From the NCBI GenBank assembly GCA_023475235.1, contig JAMCWG010000006.1:33377-97376 (forward strand): a stretch of DNA of 64,000 bases. The letters are read 5' to 3'. The translations under genes and the position numbers were made by a program. This document shows, piece by piece, positions 61,733-64,000 of this stretch (positions are counted from its first letter, which is position 1; each line of letters begins with the position of its first letter). Origin of the DNA: Chloroflexota bacterium (GTDB taxonomy: Bacteria > Chloroflexota > UBA6077 > FW602-bin22 > JAMCWG01). A model generated the notes under the pieces. The model saw only the letters and a program-made list of their open reading frames with translations, was not told the DNA's origin and did not search any database.

Positions 61733-62086
61733 ATGTTTTCGGCAGATCTGCTGCGTCAGGTGGGCGCGGCGCTTTTCGAGGCGGCCGGCGCGCCGCCGTC
61801 CATCGCGACCCAGGTGGCCGCATCTATGGTGGAGAACAACTTGGTAGGCCGCGATTCGCACGGCGTTATCCGCATCCCGCCCTATGTCGCCCGTGTGAAG
61901 AGCGGGCGCATCAAGGGGGTGCCGCCGGCCCCCGGCTTCGATGAGGTGATGGTCCCCGGTGAGCCCGAGCTGCGCACCCGCCAGCAGCGGTTGAGGGAGG
62001 GGATTCCCCTGGCCGACGATACCTAGCTGGCCCTGGTAGACCTGGGGAAGGAGCTGGGGGTGTGCGTCGATGCCGGAGCTCGGTAG
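61733..62086 (+). pseudogene. remnant of an Ldh_2-family dehydrogenase gene (internal deletion plus in-frame TAG)
   Basis: About 62 aa of family N-terminus (..NNLVGRDSHGVIRIPPYVARVKSGRI) are joined directly to the family C-terminal tail (VMVPGEPE...GIPLADDT). After TAG at 62024-62026 the same frame continues LALVDLGKELGV, matching the family end; compare the intact paralog at 4871-5953. Confidence 0.6.
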
Positions 62087-62290
62087 GGACTTTCCTCTGC
62101 CTGCGGCTGCACCTCGCCAACCTGACCCCTGGCCCCCCTTCCCCATTGGGTAAGGGGGACGTAAACTGGCAAGTACGTCCTCCTCTCCCGCCGGGAAAGG
62201 AGACAGGTGAGTTTGGGAAGCTTGCCCGCCTCCGATCCAGGGCGCGTGCTATAATAGGCTTCGCTACCTGACGCGGTTGGAGGTCCCTTC

Positions 62291-63451
62291 TTGCAGTTCG
62301 AGATCGTGGCGCGCTGCCCTGATACCGGCGCCCGGGCAGGGCGCCTTACGCTACCTCACGGCGAGGTGCTCACGCCCCTGTTCATGCCGGTTGGCACGCA
62401 GGCCACCGTGAAGTCGCTGGCCCCGGCCGAACTGGAGGCCCTTGGCGCCCATGTCGTGCTGGCCAACACCTATCATCTGGCCCTGCGGCCGGGCCCCGAC
62501 GTCGTGGCAGCCCTGGGCGGTCTACATAAGTTCATGGGCTGGCCCCACAATCTGCTGACCGACAGCGGCGGCTTCCAGGTCTTCAGCCTGGGTCACCTGC
62601 GACGGGTGGATGCCGACGGCGTCTCCTTCCGTTCCCACATCGATGGCTCGGAGCAGCGCCTCACGCCGGAGTCGGCCGTCGCCATCCAGGAGCAACTAGG
62701 GGCCGACATCATCATGGCCTTCGACGAATGCGCCCCTTCCGACGCCGACGAGGAGCACCATCGCCAGGCGATGGTGCGGACCAGCCGCTGGGCGGCCCGC
62801 TGCCGGCAGGCCCAGACCCGCCGGGACCAGAGCCTCTTCGGCATCGTCCAGGGCGGGCTGTTCCCGTACCTGCGACGCCAGAGCGCCGAGACGCTGGTGG
62901 CAATGGACTTCCCCGGCTACGCCGTCGGCGGGCTCAGCCTGGGGGAGCCCAAGGCCCAGATGTGGCGTGTGCTGGAGGCGACCACCTGCCATCTGCCCCT
63001 CGATAAGCCGCGTTACCTGATGGGGGTCGGCTCGCCGGAGGACCTGTTCGAGGCGGTGGCCAGGGGTGTGGATATGATGGACGCCGTGCTGCCCACCCGC
63101 GTGGCCCGCAACGGCGCCTTCTTCACCCGCCGGGGCCGGCGCAACATCCGCAACGCCGCCTTCCGAACGATGGATGCGCCGGTGGAAGAAGGATGCGACT
63201 GCTACACCTGCACCCACTTCTCCGCCGCCTACGTGCACCATCTCTTCCGCTGTGAGGAGCTGCTGGCCTATCGGCTGGCCAGCATCCACAACCTGCGCTT
63301 CGCCGTCTCGCTGATGGAGGAGGTCCGCCGGGCCATCGTGGCCGGGCGCTTCGCCCAGTTGCGGGAGGAGTTCCTGGCGGGCTATCAGGCCACCGACGAG
63401 GGGGTGCGCCTGGAGCAGAAGCGTCGCTGGGAAGCGTCCCATGGGCGGTGA
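62291..63451 (+). CDS. tgt: queuine tRNA-ribosyltransferase (tRNA-guanine transglycosylase)
   Basis: 386 aa with a TTG start. LLTDSGGFQVFSL, GGLSLGEP and the Zn site CDCYTCTHFSAAYVHHL. Confidence 0.9.
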   Translation: MQFEIVARCPDTGARAGRLTLPHGEVLTPLFMPVGTQATVKSLAPAELEALGAHVVLANTYHLALRPGPDVVAALGGLHKFMGWPHNLLTDSGGFQVFSLGHLRRVDADGVSFRSHIDGSEQRLTPESAVAIQEQLGADIIMAFDECAPSDADEEHHRQAMVRTSRWAARCRQAQTRRDQSLFGIVQGGLFPYLRRQSAETLVAMDFPGYAVGGLSLGEPKAQMWRVLEATTCHLPLDKPRYLMGVGSPEDLFEAVARGVDMMDAVLPTRVARNGAFFTRRGRRNIRNAAFRTMDAPVEEGCDCYTCTHFSAAYVHHLFRCEELLAYRLASIHNLRFAVSLMEEVRRAIVAGRFAQLREEFLAGYQATDEGVRLEQKRRWEASHGR

Positions 63452-63457
63452 CCACGT

Positions 63458-63478
63458 AGTGGCGACTTAAGTCGTCAC
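63458..63478. repeat. third copy of the hairpin repeat seen at 8609-8674
   Basis: AGTGGCGACTTAAGTCGTCAC matches AGTGACGACTTCGGTCGTTAC at 17 of 21 positions, preceded by the same GT. It lies just after the tgt stop. Confidence 0.35.
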
Positions 63479-63521
63479 CGCACCCGCATCGCCGGAGAAA
63501 GACGGCGCCAACCTACCACCG

Positions 63522-64000
63522 CTATCCCAGCTCCGGGTCGAGCTCCAGGCCAGCCATTGCATAGATGCGCTTGACCTCGATGATGGTCGGCGGCCCTATG
63601 AGCACACCATCCAGCGTGATCTCGCCATAGCGCTTCTCGCGCCCCTCCTCGATGGCGGCCACTACCCGCTTGGCCCACTCCACCTTTTCAGGCGATGGTC
63701 CGAAGACCCTGTTTACCGGGTCTACCTGCTTGGGGTGGAGGCAGGCGCGACCCACAAAGCCCATAGACCTTGCCCACTCGCTATCCTTTATCAGGCCCTC
63801 GACGTCATGAATCGCGGGGTAGATAGTATAAGCAGGGTGAATGCCGCAGGCATAGCACACGTGCAAGATCACCGAGTAGAGGTAAAGGCACTCCATACCG
63901 TCCGGCCTTTTTTCCGAATGCATCTCCGCGTGGTAGTCCAGGCCGCCACCGCCCATCGAGATTACGCGTGGGCTGGCATTGGCTATGCCCCAAGCATTCA
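63522..64000 (-). CDS. HpcH/HpaI aldolase / citrate-lyase beta subunit (CitE)-like protein, C-terminal part (gene runs off window end)
   Basis: FVGRACLHPKQVDPVNRVFGPSPEKVEWAKRVV matches the CitE-family C-terminal region. The reading frame stays open upstream of Met 63956 to the window edge (..NAWGIANASPRVISMGGGG). Confidence 0.7.
   Translation of the reverse strand, partial: NAWGIANASPRVISMGGGGLDYHAEMHSEKRPDGMECLYLYSVILHVCYACGIHPAYTIYPAIHDVEGLIKDSEWARSMGFVGRACLHPKQVDPVNRVFGPSPEKVEWAKRVVAAIEEGREKRYGEITLDGVLIGPPTIIEVKRIYAMAGLELDPELG

Overview
High-GC bacterial chromosomal segment (roughly 60-65 % GC by eye, not computed). It holds about 55 protein genes, one tmRNA and one tRNA. I saw no CRISPR array, transposase or integrase. 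Gene content (DUF2723/GT-C membrane proteins, PGRP-type amidase, GerMN remnant, many Pro/Thr-linker secreted enzymes) suggests a Chloroflexota/Thermomicrobia-like host, but that is inference only. Recognisable housekeeping genes are glmU, trxA, tgt, ychF, ssrA and tRNA-Val(CAC), plus a NarL-type two-component pair, two MFS transporters and several redox proteins (Crp/Fnr, ferredoxins, flavodoxins, OYE, Ldh_2, TPP enzyme, enolase-superfamily dehydratase). Most interesting: (1) A tight co-directional operon at 22.7-33.6 kb encodes a processive GT2 synthase whose N-terminus carries six tandem T2SSE_N/MshEN-type (c-di-GMP-binding type) modules instead of a PilZ domain. It is followed by two paralogous GT-C-like membrane proteins, a BcsB-like periplasmic subunit and a 4-TM degenerate-GGDEF protein with an intact RxxD I-site. 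I read this as a c-di-GMP-gated exopolysaccharide machine that I cannot match to a named system. (2) At 13.4-15.3 kb an exosortase/archaeosortase-family gene fused to an EpsI-like domain appears translationally coupled to a 66-aa mini-protein made of a signal peptide, an acidic linker and a PEVP-TM-basic sorting tail. (3) Two domains of unknown function each occur in two proteins of the window: 20070/21103, and the GH18 protein versus the Cna-B protein. (4) A lower-GC surface/glycan operon lies at 40.9-44.6 kb, and a 1219-aa multidomain secreted enzyme carries a tandemly duplicated CBM. Many long antisense ORFs in the track are high-GC artefacts and were rejected.
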